A DNA stretch of 32,000 bases, from positions 600,001-632,000 of the forward strand of contig CP012986.1 of NCBI GenBank assembly GCA_001761425.1, written 5' to 3'. The notes beneath the pieces are model-generated. The model did no database searches. It saw only the letters and a list, made by a program, of their open reading frames with translations, and was not told the origin of the DNA. A program made the translations under genes and the position numbers. This stretch comes from Candidatus Saccharimonadota bacterium (lineage in GTDB: Archaea; Nanohalarchaeota; Nanosalinia; Nanosalinales; Nanosalinaceae). Position 1 is the stretch's first letter. Each line of letters opens with the position of its first letter. This document shows positions 7,548 through 16,452 of this stretch, piece after piece.

Positions 7548-8411
7548 CTACTGCTGTCCTTCTTTCAGGTCCTCTATCTTTCCCTTGATCTCTTCACCCA
7601 TTTCCTCTCCGTTCATGTCTTCAAGGTTTCCTATATCAAAGCTGGAGAGGTCTATATCGCTCACGTTATCCAGGACCTGCTGGAGGCCTTTCTCGTTTTC
7701 CTCTGACTGGAATCCTCCGATCAGTTCTGTCGGGAAGGTTACAATGGTGGAGTTTTCCGCTGCTACAGAGTCCAGAGTCTGTAGCGTTCTCATGCGGTAG
7801 CCTTTGTCACCGATGATCTCTGAGGCCTGACGTAGCTTGACTGCTGCTTCCAGTTCTCCCTGTGCGTTCGTTCTCCTTGCTCTTCTGTCTCTTTCTGCTT
7901 CTGCCTGGGCTGCCATTGCTCTTTCCATCTTTTCCGGCAGATTTATGTTCTGTATCTCGACGTCCAGTACTCTCACTCCAAAGCTGTCGGTCTTATTGTC
8001 CAGCTGGCTTTTGATCTCGTCTCCGATCTCGTCTCTTCTTTGCAGCAGATCGTCCAGTTCCTTTTTACCGACAAGATCTCTTAAAATACTTGTAGCGTAG
8101 TTCAGTGTCTGTTTCTTGTAATCCCCTACATTTACGATCGCGTCCTTGACGTCCTCTGTATTCTCCTTTACCTCGAAAAAGACCACGCCGTCCACTGAAA
8201 CCGGGATGTTATCCCTAGTAATCGCCTCCTGCTTCATCACATCCACAGAATCCTCATAGACCGGCACAGTCACCGGCTTCTCAATAAAAGGTATCTTGAA
8301 ATGCAGGCCTGATTTTCTGCTTCTTGAATAGCTACCAAATCTCAGGACGATACTTCTCTCCCATTCATCGTTCGTGAAAAACGGAAAAGGCCCTGAAAGC
8401 GAAAAACCCAT
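7548..8411 (-). CDS. SPFH/band-7 (stomatin/prohibitin-like) protein
   Basis: ERSIVLRFGSY...GLHFKIPFIEK...EAITRDNIPVSVDGVVFFEV, then an A/E/R-rich coiled coil (MAAQAEAERDRRARR). No clear N-terminal TM helix. C-terminal acidic tail. Confidence 0.9.
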   Translation of the reverse strand: MGFSLSGPFPFFTNDEWERSIVLRFGSYSRSRKSGLHFKIPFIEKPVTVPVYEDSVDVMKQEAITRDNIPVSVDGVVFFEVKENTEDVKDAIVNVGDYKKQTLNYATSILRDLVGKKELDDLLQRRDEIGDEIKSQLDNKTDSFGVRVLDVEIQNINLPEKMERAMAAQAEAERDRRARRTNAQGELEAAVKLRQASEIIGDKGYRMRTLQTLDSVAAENSTIVTFPTELIGGFQSEENEKGLQQVLDNVSDIDLSSFDIGNLEDMNGEEMGEEIKGKIEDLKEGQQ

Positions 8412-8507
8412 CTCAATTATCCACCTAGAAAAAAATTTATCGGCTCGGCGATTTATATGTAACGGAGATACGAAAGAAATTATAACAGAGAGTCAGAACA
8501 CGCAAAC

Positions 8508-9362
8508 ATGAGACAGAAAACCGTACTCCTCATCCTCATAACCCTTATCGCATCAGGATGCACATCGACAGAAAACACAGAAACTCCAGAACAGAAGATG
8601 CAAGAACTCGTAAACCAGAGCCAAAATACCACGTACCAGGTAAAATACACGGCTACAGGCCCTGAAGCACCTGAAAACACAGAAATCACGGTAAAAGGCC
8701 TTGAAGGAGGAGAAGTATACACTGTCGACAGGGAAACGCCGGGAGGAACTGTCTCGACAAAGGCCTATGTCCTGGAAGAAAAAACAGTTGTCTGCGGAAC
8801 CGATCCCTCCAGTGAAAGCGTTTCATGCACAGTCGGAGAAGGAGAAGTCATTCAGAAGATGCTCCAGATCGAAAAATGGACTCTGAAGAATCTGACCTAT
8901 ACCGGCGAAAAAAACATCTCTGGAAGAGTTTGTAAAGCCTTCTCAGCATCGGCAGAAAAAGCTGAAAGAAAAGGCCTTACATCTACAGAAACAGATCTGG
9001 ACTTCTGTCTTGACTTCGCCAACGGTTTTCCATCCGGCATCGAAGTAATCGGAGACGGAACCATACTGAACTTTACGGCGGAAAACGTAGAGACAAATAC
9101 TGGCGGAGAACTGGAACTGCCGAAAACCTTAGGCGTCACACCTCACTGCACTGACTCCTATGAAATCGATCTCACACCCCTGAAACAGGTGGAGGAGGCT
9201 GAGATAGAACTGAACAGTTACTCGAAGATTGTCAGGCTTCCCAAAAGGTTTGAAACACAGTCCTACAACATACCTGAGCAGAAGATAGACGAGGGAGAAA
9301 ACAACATCACAGTCAGAACAGAGGGAGAAATTAGTCACATAATCTGCTACAGAAGGCCTTAG
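8508..9362 (+). CDS. Putative secreted lipoprotein (hypothetical)
   Basis: The N-terminus MRQKTVLLILITLIASGCTS has a signal peptide with a lipobox-like LIASGC. The remainder is uncharacterised. Confidence 0.7.
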   Translation: MRQKTVLLILITLIASGCTSTENTETPEQKMQELVNQSQNTTYQVKYTATGPEAPENTEITVKGLEGGEVYTVDRETPGGTVSTKAYVLEEKTVVCGTDPSSESVSCTVGEGEVIQKMLQIEKWTLKNLTYTGEKNISGRVCKAFSASAEKAERKGLTSTETDLDFCLDFANGFPSGIEVIGDGTILNFTAENVETNTGGELELPKTLGVTPHCTDSYEIDLTPLKQVEEAEIELNSYSKIVRLPKRFETQSYNIPEQKIDEGENNITVRTEGEISHIICYRRP

Positions 9363-9404
9363 TAAGCGGATAAAAAATTACAGTTCAAAATTAGGAACCC
9401 AGAG

Positions 9405-9710
9405 ATGAACTCCGGGACCACAGTTCTTGAAGACGAAGACGAGGAGGAACAGGACAGCTGGAGGTACATGCATTTCCGGGGCCATGTCTCGGATCAGGAA
9501 GTCGAGAAAGCACTTGAACGGAAGTACAGCCATGTCTACAGTACTTTTGTCGAACCTGTTCTCGAAACAGGAGAAGAGTTCTCTGTCCAGGAACTGATGA
9601 ACGAGATAAGGCCTCCATACAGTGAGGATGAGATCCAGGGAGCGCTCCAGTACGGTGTTGAGAACGAAGGCCTTGAATATGTTTCCAGTGATTCTGTGAA
9701 GAAGATTTAA
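9405..9710 (+). CDS. Small acidic hypothetical protein, first gene of the Mre11/Rad50-like operon
   Basis: 101-aa ORF ending 6 nt before the next gene. The C-terminal half might be winged-helix-like, but that is a weak impression. Confidence 0.55.
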   Translation: MNSGTTVLEDEDEEEQDSWRYMHFRGHVSDQEVEKALERKYSHVYSTFVEPVLETGEEFSVQELMNEIRPPYSEDEIQGALQYGVENEGLEYVSSDSVKKI

Positions 9711-9716
9711 GGCTCG

Positions 9717-10766
9717 GTGAATAAATCTGGAGATGTGAGGATAGTTCATACTGCGGACGTCCATCTCTCACAGGACCACCCTGAGAGGACGGAAGCGCTT
9801 GAAGAGATCATAGAAATATGTGAAAAAGAAAAGGCCGAACTACTTCTGATCACGGGAGACCTCTTCGATGCAAACGTAAATATAGAAAATTTGAAGACCG
9901 AAGTAAGGCCTCTATTCTCGGAAAACAGTTTCCAGACACTTGTAATACCTGGAAACCACGATAGATCCGCCTTCAGACAGGAGGATTACTTCGGGGAAGA
10001 CATCGAAATCCTGCAGGACAAAACTTACTCACAGAAACTGTTCGACGATGTAAACATAGTATCACTGCCTTATACTAGTAAATCTTTCTCGGAGCTTGTT
10101 CAGCCTCTTTCAGAAGCCGTCGAGGAGGACAGGGAAAATATAATGATGATTCACTGTACACTGGCAGGAGCTTCAGGAGGCTTTGGAGAGGAGACAGAAT
10201 ATCTTCCTGTAAAGCCTTCGGAGATAGTTCAGACAGGTTTTGACTACGTTCTAGCCGGACACATCCATTCATCGGCGACAAGAAAAACCTTTGGACAAAC
10301 CACTTTCGCCTACTCCGGATCACCTGTCTCCATATCAAGCACCGAGATAGGAAAGAGAAAAATCTGGATCCTGGATACAGAAAAAGGCCTGGAAACCCGC
10401 GAAATCGACACAGAATACTTCATAAGAAAGGAAAAAGAGCTTCTGCCCGGAGAGGAAGAAAAAATAGAGGAGGAGATAGAAGAGGATCTGGAGGAAAAAG
10501 ACCTGGAAAAGGCCTCAGTTAAAGTAAAGATCCGGGGATTTACAGAGGAGAATGTAGAAGAAATTTCAGAAAGGGTCGAGAAAACACTGAAAGGCCTTGA
10601 TCCTGCGGAGGTCAGCGTTGACACATTGAATCTTGAATCTGTTTCCTCGATTGTAGATTCGGAGATCTACAGAGAGTTCAGGAGGAAGATGGAGGAAAAA
10701 AGCTTTGAAAACCCGGAGGAAGTCGAGGAAAAGTTTTTGAGAGGTCTTTCAAGACATGAGCGATAA
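9717..10766 (+). CDS. Mre11/SbcD-family metallophosphoesterase nuclease
   Basis: Calcineurin-like phosphoesterase motifs occur in order: HTADVHL, GDLFD, GNHD, IHCT, GHIH. Acidic C-terminal tail. The start is GTG at 9717 or GTG at 9735 (MRIVHTADVHL). Confidence 0.9.
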   Translation: MNKSGDVRIVHTADVHLSQDHPERTEALEEIIEICEKEKAELLLITGDLFDANVNIENLKTEVRPLFSENSFQTLVIPGNHDRSAFRQEDYFGEDIEILQDKTYSQKLFDDVNIVSLPYTSKSFSELVQPLSEAVEEDRENIMMIHCTLAGASGGFGEETEYLPVKPSEIVQTGFDYVLAGHIHSSATRKTFGQTTFAYSGSPVSISSTEIGKRKIWILDTEKGLETREIDTEYFIRKEKELLPGEEEKIEEEIEEDLEEKDLEKASVKVKIRGFTEENVEEISERVEKTLKGLDPAEVSVDTLNLESVSSIVDSEIYREFRRKMEEKSFENPEEVEEKFLRGLSRHER

Positions 10767-12726
10767 ACTGGAGATCAAGAAAGTGGATATAAGTCATTAC
10801 GGACCGGTTCATGACCTGGAACTGGATATAGGGGAGGGCCTGAACGCCTTCTACGGGAAGAACGAGTCAGGTAAGACATTGATCGTCGAGGCCCTGACAA
10901 AGATGCTTACAGAAGATTCCTCCGATTTTGACGGGATCGGCCGTGTCCCTCAACAGCCTAACGGCCTTCTAACCGTGGAAAAAGATGGCAGAGAGTTCGA
11001 TGTTTCCCAGGAAAGCCTTGGAGAGATATTCGGTGACGTGACTGCTGGAGATATCAGGAACGCGTTTGTTGTCCGGGACTTTGATCTCAGGCTTCCGGAG
11101 AGGGAAAACGATTTCGGCAACGGCGATTACTTCAAAGACGTGACCGACAGGGTTCTCGGCTCGAAGACCCAGAAAATAGAATCTCTGCGAAGTGAAATAT
11201 CGGATGTAGGCTTCCTGACCAACAAAACCAGTGAAGCAGGCCTTGAAAACAGGAAAAGTTCAGGAAAACTGGCTGACAGGAAAGAGAAAGCCGAAAGCCT
11301 GAGAAACGAGATCGAAGAATTCACGGATCAAGTCGAAGAGGAAGACCTTTACGGGAAGTACTCGAAGATAGACTCTCTGGAGAAAAAGATAAATTCGAAA
11401 CACAGAGAAATAAACGAGCTGGAAAACGCCAGGAAACAGAAAAAACACGGTAAAGGCCTTCAACTACTGAAAAATCTCAGACAGGCAGAGGAAAAAATCC
11501 AGGAAATCAAAAAGGAGAGACACGGATTCGAGGAACTGGACGAACTCAGGAAAAAAGCTGAGGCCTTCCAGGAAAAAGAGGTAAAGGTCCAGGGTTCAAA
11601 AACAGGAGCTCTGGTATCAGGCCTTGTATCTCTGAGTGCCTTCACCGCAGCCGCGTTCAACCCTGTACTCCTCGTTATCGGTGCAGCCGTTGTTTCCCTA
11701 TTCGTCGCAGCTTTCTTCGCTGAAAAATACAGGAGAAGTTCAAAGCAGGTCAGGAAGCAGGAGAAAGAAAAAGAAAAAATTATAGAAAATGCAGAGGCCA
11801 GAGAAATCGAAACTTCTTCAATACCTGGCGTTGTCAAAGCAGTGGACAGCTACGAGGAAGAACTGGATAGAAAAGAGAAAAAAGCCGACAAAAGGAAAAG
11901 CCAGACACTGGGCGAGCTTAAAGGCCTTTTCAACGCTGACCTGGAGAGCATAGAGGACTGGCAGAAGGAGCTGGACAGTTTCTCCAACAGTTTTGAATCT
12001 GTCGACCGACAGTTCGAAGAAGGAGACCTCGAAAAAGCTGAAAAAAACGTTGAAGAGCTTGAAACGAAGAAAGAAAGTCTTGAAGAAGACATAGAAGAAT
12101 ACGATGAAGTGATCGCCAATTTTGACACAGCTATTTCGGATGCGATAGCCGAAAGGTTCGTGGAGAACGAGGTAGTTGACCTGGCTACTGTCCAGGATCT
12201 TGATAAGGCCTTGAGGCAGCTAGATGAATTTATCTCGACTCTTGAAGACGGTGTTCAGGCCTCTGTTGATGCTATCAGTGTGCTTGAAGAGATGGAGGAG
12301 GAAGAGGAGGATGAGTTCAACAAAGTGTTCGATGAGGGCAGTTATGCTGTCGAAATGTTCAGGGAGGCGACAGACAGTAACTACACTGATATAAAGTATG
12401 ATAAGGCCTCTAGGAAGATCAAGGTCGTGCGTAAGGATGATAGAGAGCTTGAGCCGGAGGCCCTGAGTCAGGGGACGTATGATCTTCTGTACATGGCTGT
12501 CAGGTTGAAGCTTGCGAAAGAGATTCTTGGAGGTCCTGGCTTCCTGATACTGGATAATGCCTTCGTTCACTCGGATAGAGAAAGAGTGGAAAAAGAGATC
12601 GAGTTCCTGGAAAAACTTGAGGATGAAGGATGGCAGATAATCTATTTCACGTTTAGAGATGACGTAAGAAAGATTCTCGAGGAAAGAACAGAAGTTGAGG
12701 ACCTTGAAGGCCTTCAATTCCAGTAA
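10756..12726 (+). CDS. Rad50/SbcC-like SMC-family ATPase, atypical (hydrophobic hairpin in the coiled coil, no CxxC hook)
   Basis: Walker A GKNESGKT at the N-terminus, long K/E-rich coiled coils, and a C-terminal signature-like LSQGTYD plus Walker B FLILDNAF. It overlaps the upstream gene by 11 nt. Residues 284-322 are hydrophobic. Confidence 0.85.
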   Translation: MSDKLEIKKVDISHYGPVHDLELDIGEGLNAFYGKNESGKTLIVEALTKMLTEDSSDFDGIGRVPQQPNGLLTVEKDGREFDVSQESLGEIFGDVTAGDIRNAFVVRDFDLRLPERENDFGNGDYFKDVTDRVLGSKTQKIESLRSEISDVGFLTNKTSEAGLENRKSSGKLADRKEKAESLRNEIEEFTDQVEEEDLYGKYSKIDSLEKKINSKHREINELENARKQKKHGKGLQLLKNLRQAEEKIQEIKKERHGFEELDELRKKAEAFQEKEVKVQGSKTGALVSGLVSLSAFTAAAFNPVLLVIGAAVVSLFVAAFFAEKYRRSSKQVRKQEKEKEKIIENAEAREIETSSIPGVVKAVDSYEEELDRKEKKADKRKSQTLGELKGLFNADLESIEDWQKELDSFSNSFESVDRQFEEGDLEKAEKNVEELETKKESLEEDIEEYDEVIANFDTAISDAIAERFVENEVVDLATVQDLDKALRQLDEFISTLEDGVQASVDAISVLEEMEEEEEDEFNKVFDEGSYAVEMFREATDSNYTDIKYDKASRKIKVVRKDDRELEPEALSQGTYDLLYMAVRLKLAKEILGGPGFLILDNAFVHSDRERVEKEIEFLEKLEDEGWQIIYFTFRDDVRKILEERTEVEDLEGLQFQ

Positions 12727-12755
12727 AAAACAGGGTTAAATAAGGAAAAAAGGAT

Positions 12756-13049
12756 TTACTTTTCTGAGGCCTCTTCTTCGGCTTTTTCGCTTTCTTTGTT
12801 GTCGAGGAATGGTTGGCAGATTTTGTGGCTGAAGGATTTGAAGTAGAAGATCGATACTGTGAATGACAGTGATACTGCTGCTATCAGGACTGCGATAAAC
12901 AGGTAGTTGGCAAACCTGACAAGTGGATGGCATCCGCACAGCACCATGTCGCTTGATGCGATAATTGAGAGCCTGGAAAAGGCCTGGAGAGCGACCAGGA
13001 ACATCACTCCCGATACCAGTATATCTTTCTCCTTGCTCGTGTCGAACAT
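12756..13049 (-). CDS. Small membrane protein (hypothetical)
   Basis: Two hydrophobic helices (ILVSGVMFLVALQAF, YLFIAVLIAAVSLSFTVSIFYF) and an acidic tail. I prefer the internal ATG (MFDTSK...) at 13049 over the track start at 13136, which would abut acyP. Confidence 0.4.
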   Translation of the reverse strand: MFDTSKEKDILVSGVMFLVALQAFSRLSIIASSDMVLCGCHPLVRFANYLFIAVLIAAVSLSFTVSIFYFKSFSHKICQPFLDNKESEKAEEEASEK

Positions 13050-13153
13050 AAGGAAACAGTCGAGGTTTCTACTATTATACTTTTGTGAAACAGTAATGGA
13101 ACCCGGATCTTTTTTCCGGAACCTTTTTCCATTCAAAACACTGTATTATCTTT

Positions 13154-13426
13154 ATGAAACAGGTCCATCTCATGATCTCCGGTAACGTCCAGGGTGTCGG
13201 ATTCAGGGCTTCGATGCGGAGAAGAGCCAGGAACAACGATGTCACAGGATGGGTGAAAAACCTAGAGAACGGGAAAGTAGAAGCAGTTCTTGAAGGCGAG
13301 AAAGACAGTGTAGCAAAAATAATGGAATGGGCGAGAAAAGGCCCCAGCATCGCAAATGTAGAAAATATCGAACTAGAGGAAAAAGAGCCGGAGTATATCG
13401 AGACATTCAAAATCAAAAGAAACTAA
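13154..13426 (+). CDS. acyP: Acylphosphatase
   Basis: 90 aa. ISGNVQGVGFRASMRRRA...GWVKNLENGKVEAVLEG contains the canonical acylphosphatase signatures. Confidence 0.95.
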   Translation: MKQVHLMISGNVQGVGFRASMRRRARNNDVTGWVKNLENGKVEAVLEGEKDSVAKIMEWARKGPSIANVENIELEEKEPEYIETFKIKRN

Positions 13427-13544
13427 GCTTGAAAAGGCCTGAACTCCCCGTAATTCCTAGCGTTTGGTTCGAGGCCTTGAGATTTTTCCACAGGTTCAGG
13501 ATATTGAAAAAGGTTTCTGTTCTAAGTGATTTTTTATTGAGGAG

Positions 13545-13745
13545 GTGTTAGCTTTGCAAGGAGAGGTTAAGTTCTTCCACGACGAGAAGAAGTACGGATT
13601 CATCGAGACTGAAGACATGGATGATGACGTATTCTTCCACATCAACGACCTGGAGATTGAAGGTATTGAGGAAGGCATGGAAGTCGATTTCGACACAGAG
13701 GAAGGAGACAAAGGACCGAAAGCAGTCAACGTAACAGAGGCCTAA
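13545..13745 (+). CDS. csp: Cold-shock domain protein (CspA family)
   Basis: GEVKFFHDEKKYGFIE...DVFFHINDL...GMEVDFDTEEGDKGPKAVNV matches the cold-shock domain RNP1/RNP2 pattern. The start could instead be TTG at 13554, which lies 7 nt after GGAGGTG. Confidence 0.9.
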   Translation: MLALQGEVKFFHDEKKYGFIETEDMDDDVFFHINDLEIEGIEEGMEVDFDTEEGDKGPKAVNVTEA

Positions 13746-13856
13746 AACCTGGAAAAAGGTTTCAAAGGCCTTGAGCGGGTCAAATCTCTTTTTTCTTACA
13801 CTCTATCATCTTATCCGTAACTTCTTTGAATCTGAGATTCTCCAGTTTTACTGTAG

Positions 13857-14410
13857 ATGAATTATATCTTTGATCTGGATGAGACGGTATTTCTCAACTC
13901 CGATGTAGCCCTTCCAGCAGTCAAAAAATGGTGAAAGATGCTTTTGACGGAGAACTTTTCGAGACACTGAAAAATCCGAAAAAGAGATACTCAGAAGCAC
14001 ATTTCCAGGAGACAAAGAAAAGGGTCGATGAAGGCCTTATCTGTTTCGCGAGTGGAGCAGAAAAATGGGTCGGATCAACGTCTTACTCCGCAGGCCTTAC
14101 AAACGCGCCCGGAGAAAGCACCGATTACAAGGCAGAGAAATTCGGTTTAGATGACAGGATGGATCTCCTGCTGAGCACAAGAGATGTGGAGAGAAAGCCG
14201 AATCCTGAAGGCCTTGAAAACATAATAAAAAGCTCTGGAAAGGACAGAGACAGCTTCATGTTTGTCGGAGACTCGTTAAGAGATCTTATAGCAGGAAAAA
14301 GAGCAGGTGTAAGAACAGCACTGATAACCCGGAGAAGATGGATACAGTTACTCGCTGACGAACACTACAGAACCTTTCAACAGTTCCTGGAGAAACATCA
14401 GGACTGCTAG
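13857..14410 (+). pseudogene. HAD-superfamily phosphatase interrupted by a frameshift at an A6 run
   Basis: The frame starting at 13857 encodes MNYIFDLDETVF... (HAD motif I, DxDxT) and stops at 13932-13934. The track ORF at 13928-14410 is in the -1 frame. It carries motif II (GLTNAP), the motif III lysine (RKPNPEGL) and motif IV (VGDSLRD). The two frames meet at aaaaaa (13923-13928). Confidence 0.75.
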
Positions 14411-15576
14411 AATTTTCCACGGATCTCTCCCACCAGGTGAAGAGAACCGGTTACAAGAGTACGGCCTTCAGCCCCATCAACAGCTTCAACAGGATCATCA
14501 ACCACCTCAAAATCAAGCTCCTCCTCCGAAGGCCTCCAGGCATGATTTTTATCCGGTAAAGTCAGAACAAAACTATCAGCATTAGGCCTCAAAATTTTTA
14601 ACATCTCCATGTAAGGCTTCTTTTCCATGCAGCCGAACACAACTGTATCAAATTTTTTTATAGACTCTGAAAGAGCCTTGATTCCTCCAAGGTTATGAGC
14701 GCCGTCGAGAACCAGTTCAGGGTCTTTTCTGATAACCTCCATTCTACCAGGTACTTCAAGTTCTTCAAGACCTTCAGAGATATCTTTGGCCGAAATCTCC
14801 AAGTTTTCAGCTCTTTTCAGGGCCTCTACTGCCAGATTTATATTTTTCTCCTGGTAATCTCCCTGGACAGAAGGCCTGAAAGTCTTCCCCTTGTGAGAGA
14901 ATTCCAGAGGCCTTTCATTTACTTTTTTGACGTGTCCATCAGGTTTTGAAAGCTCCGAGTTTTTCCTGAGTGCTTTCTCTTTGATAACTGACAGTGCTGG
15001 TTCTTCGGCCTGTGTTACGGAGGGTTTTCCTTCTTTGATTATACCTGCTTTTTCCTCTGCGATCTCGGGAATTGTTCCGCCAAGTATATCGCTGTGATCA
15101 AGGCCTACATTGGTTATGGCAGAGATTTCTGGTTCTACGATGTTTGTGGCGTCTCTTTTTCCTCCGCATCCTGTCTCGATCACTGCGATGTCTACATCCT
15201 GGTTTATGTAGTGTTTGAAAGCTATGATGACGAGGGATTCGAACATGGAGAAGTCTTTGTTCCTGATTTCTCTGTAAAGATCTGCAATTTCCTCTCTTTC
15301 GATCAGTTCGCCGTCTACCTCTATCCTTTCTACAAGTTCTCCGAGATGCGGTCCTGTGAACAGGCCTACAGAGTAACCTGCCTCTCTGAGAATCTGGTAG
15401 AGGATGTTGCAGACTGAGCCTTTCCCGTTCGTCCCGGCTACATGGATGACAGGAACCTGTTTCTGTAGGTCTCCCAGTTCTCTGACCTGTTCTCTGTACT
15501 CTTCGAAGCCGAACTCGTCAGGATCTGAGATATCCTCCCTCATCTCGCTGACTGCTTCACTGTAATCCATTAACAA
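14407..15576 (-). CDS. folC: Folylpolyglutamate synthase / dihydrofolate synthase (Mur ligase family)
   Basis: Contains IHVAGTNGKGSV (P-loop), with a FolC-like length and layout. Its stop overlaps the convergent HAD gene stop in CTAG. Confidence 0.9.
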   Translation of the reverse strand: MLMDYSEAVSEMREDISDPDEFGFEEYREQVRELGDLQKQVPVIHVAGTNGKGSVCNILYQILREAGYSVGLFTGPHLGELVERIEVDGELIEREEIADLYREIRNKDFSMFESLVIIAFKHYINQDVDIAVIETGCGGKRDATNIVEPEISAITNVGLDHSDILGGTIPEIAEEKAGIIKEGKPSVTQAEEPALSVIKEKALRKNSELSKPDGHVKKVNERPLEFSHKGKTFRPSVQGDYQEKNINLAVEALKRAENLEISAKDISEGLEELEVPGRMEVIRKDPELVLDGAHNLGGIKALSESIKKFDTVVFGCMEKKPYMEMLKILRPNADSFVLTLPDKNHAWRPSEEELDFEVVDDPVEAVDGAEGRTLVTGSLHLVGEIRGKF

Positions 15577-15623
15577 GCAGTAACTTGAGCGGAAGCTTTT
15601 AGAGAAAGACCATTTCCTGAAAG

Positions 15624-16040
15624 TTACCTTCCCTCAGGATGTTTGTCCACAAACTTCTGTGCATCCTCCTCAGCGAACTCTCTATCCGAGTAACCGTACA
15701 TAGGAGTATCTACACTGTCTTCAAGGCCTTCAGTTTCGACATTCCAGAAACCGTTTTTCTTCCTGACAACCTCAACTATTGCACCGGTCTTCGAATGAAC
15801 CCATGAAAACTCGTCTCTTTCCCATTCTCCAACAGACCTCAAATCCTCACAGTAAGAGGAATAACGCCTATTACCCTCCTTCGAAACAAGCAAAGTCCCT
15901 TCATCTGTAAAAATCTCGTACCTCCCGCCGTTAGGACCTTCAACCACGGCCCTGTCCTCGTCTTTCTCTTCGACAGTCAGAGGAGTCTTCCTGTCATTGA
16001 AAAGTATCTTAAGGCCTTCCTCCAGATTTTCAAAATCCAT
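15624..16040 (-). CDS. Hypothetical acidic protein
   Basis: 138-aa ORF with composition like its neighbours. No motif recognised. Confidence 0.6.
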   Translation of the reverse strand: MDFENLEEGLKILFNDRKTPLTVEEKDEDRAVVEGPNGGRYEIFTDEGTLLVSKEGNRRYSSYCEDLRSVGEWERDEFSWVHSKTGAIVEVVRKKNGFWNVETEGLEDSVDTPMYGYSDREFAEEDAQKFVDKHPEGR

Positions 16041-16149
16041 CTCTCACAGAAAAAATCTACCTCGACATTTATGAACAGGCCTTACACACGATCATCTGCT
16101 TTTGTGGCGGTAAGATAATAAAAGTTGTAATCCAGTGTATATTTCAGTC

Positions 16150-16452
16150 ATGGAGTTCGAAAACGAATCCGCAGAAAAGGCCTACAAAACAATCGCAAAC
16201 TCCTCGGGAATAGGCCTCTACGAACTCGTCTCGAGGCCAGAGGACTACCGAGATATCATGCACAGGAAAGACTCTCTAAGACCTGAAGATCTGGACAAGA
16301 ATGACCAGGCCTTGAGAGCTCTCAACATACTGGAAGAAGCAGGCCTGGTAATGCAGAACGGAGATTTCCGGACTTATGACGTGGTCTCCGACCCTGAAGT
16401 CTATGGAGAAACTCTGGAAAAACTCGGGGAGAAAGGAAAGCACCTGGTGTAG
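16150..16452 (+). CDS. Hypothetical small acidic protein
   Basis: The track ORF starts at GTG 16135. I prefer the ATG at 16150 (MEFENESAEK), which lies about 30 nt after ataataaaag. No motif recognised. Confidence 0.5.
   Translation: MEFENESAEKAYKTIANSSGIGLYELVSRPEDYRDIMHRKDSLRPEDLDKNDQALRALNILEEAGLVMQNGDFRTYDVVSDPEVYGETLEKLGEKGKHLV

Noticed and set aside
11127-12717. Multiple antisense ORFs within the Rad50-like gene (for example 11460-11837 and 12220-12717, up to 165 aa), with similar ones in the SPFH, Mre11-like and AddA-like genes (for example 25325-25780)
   Set aside because: GAA-, GAG- and AAG-rich coding sequence yields stop-poor Ser/Phe/Leu-rich antisense frames. This is an expected compositional artefact.
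12907-13185. 92-aa plus-strand ORF overlapping the acyP start
   Set aside because: It has no motifs and overlaps the strongly supported acylphosphatase start. The opposite-strand ORF at least shows two clear TM helices and an acidic tail.
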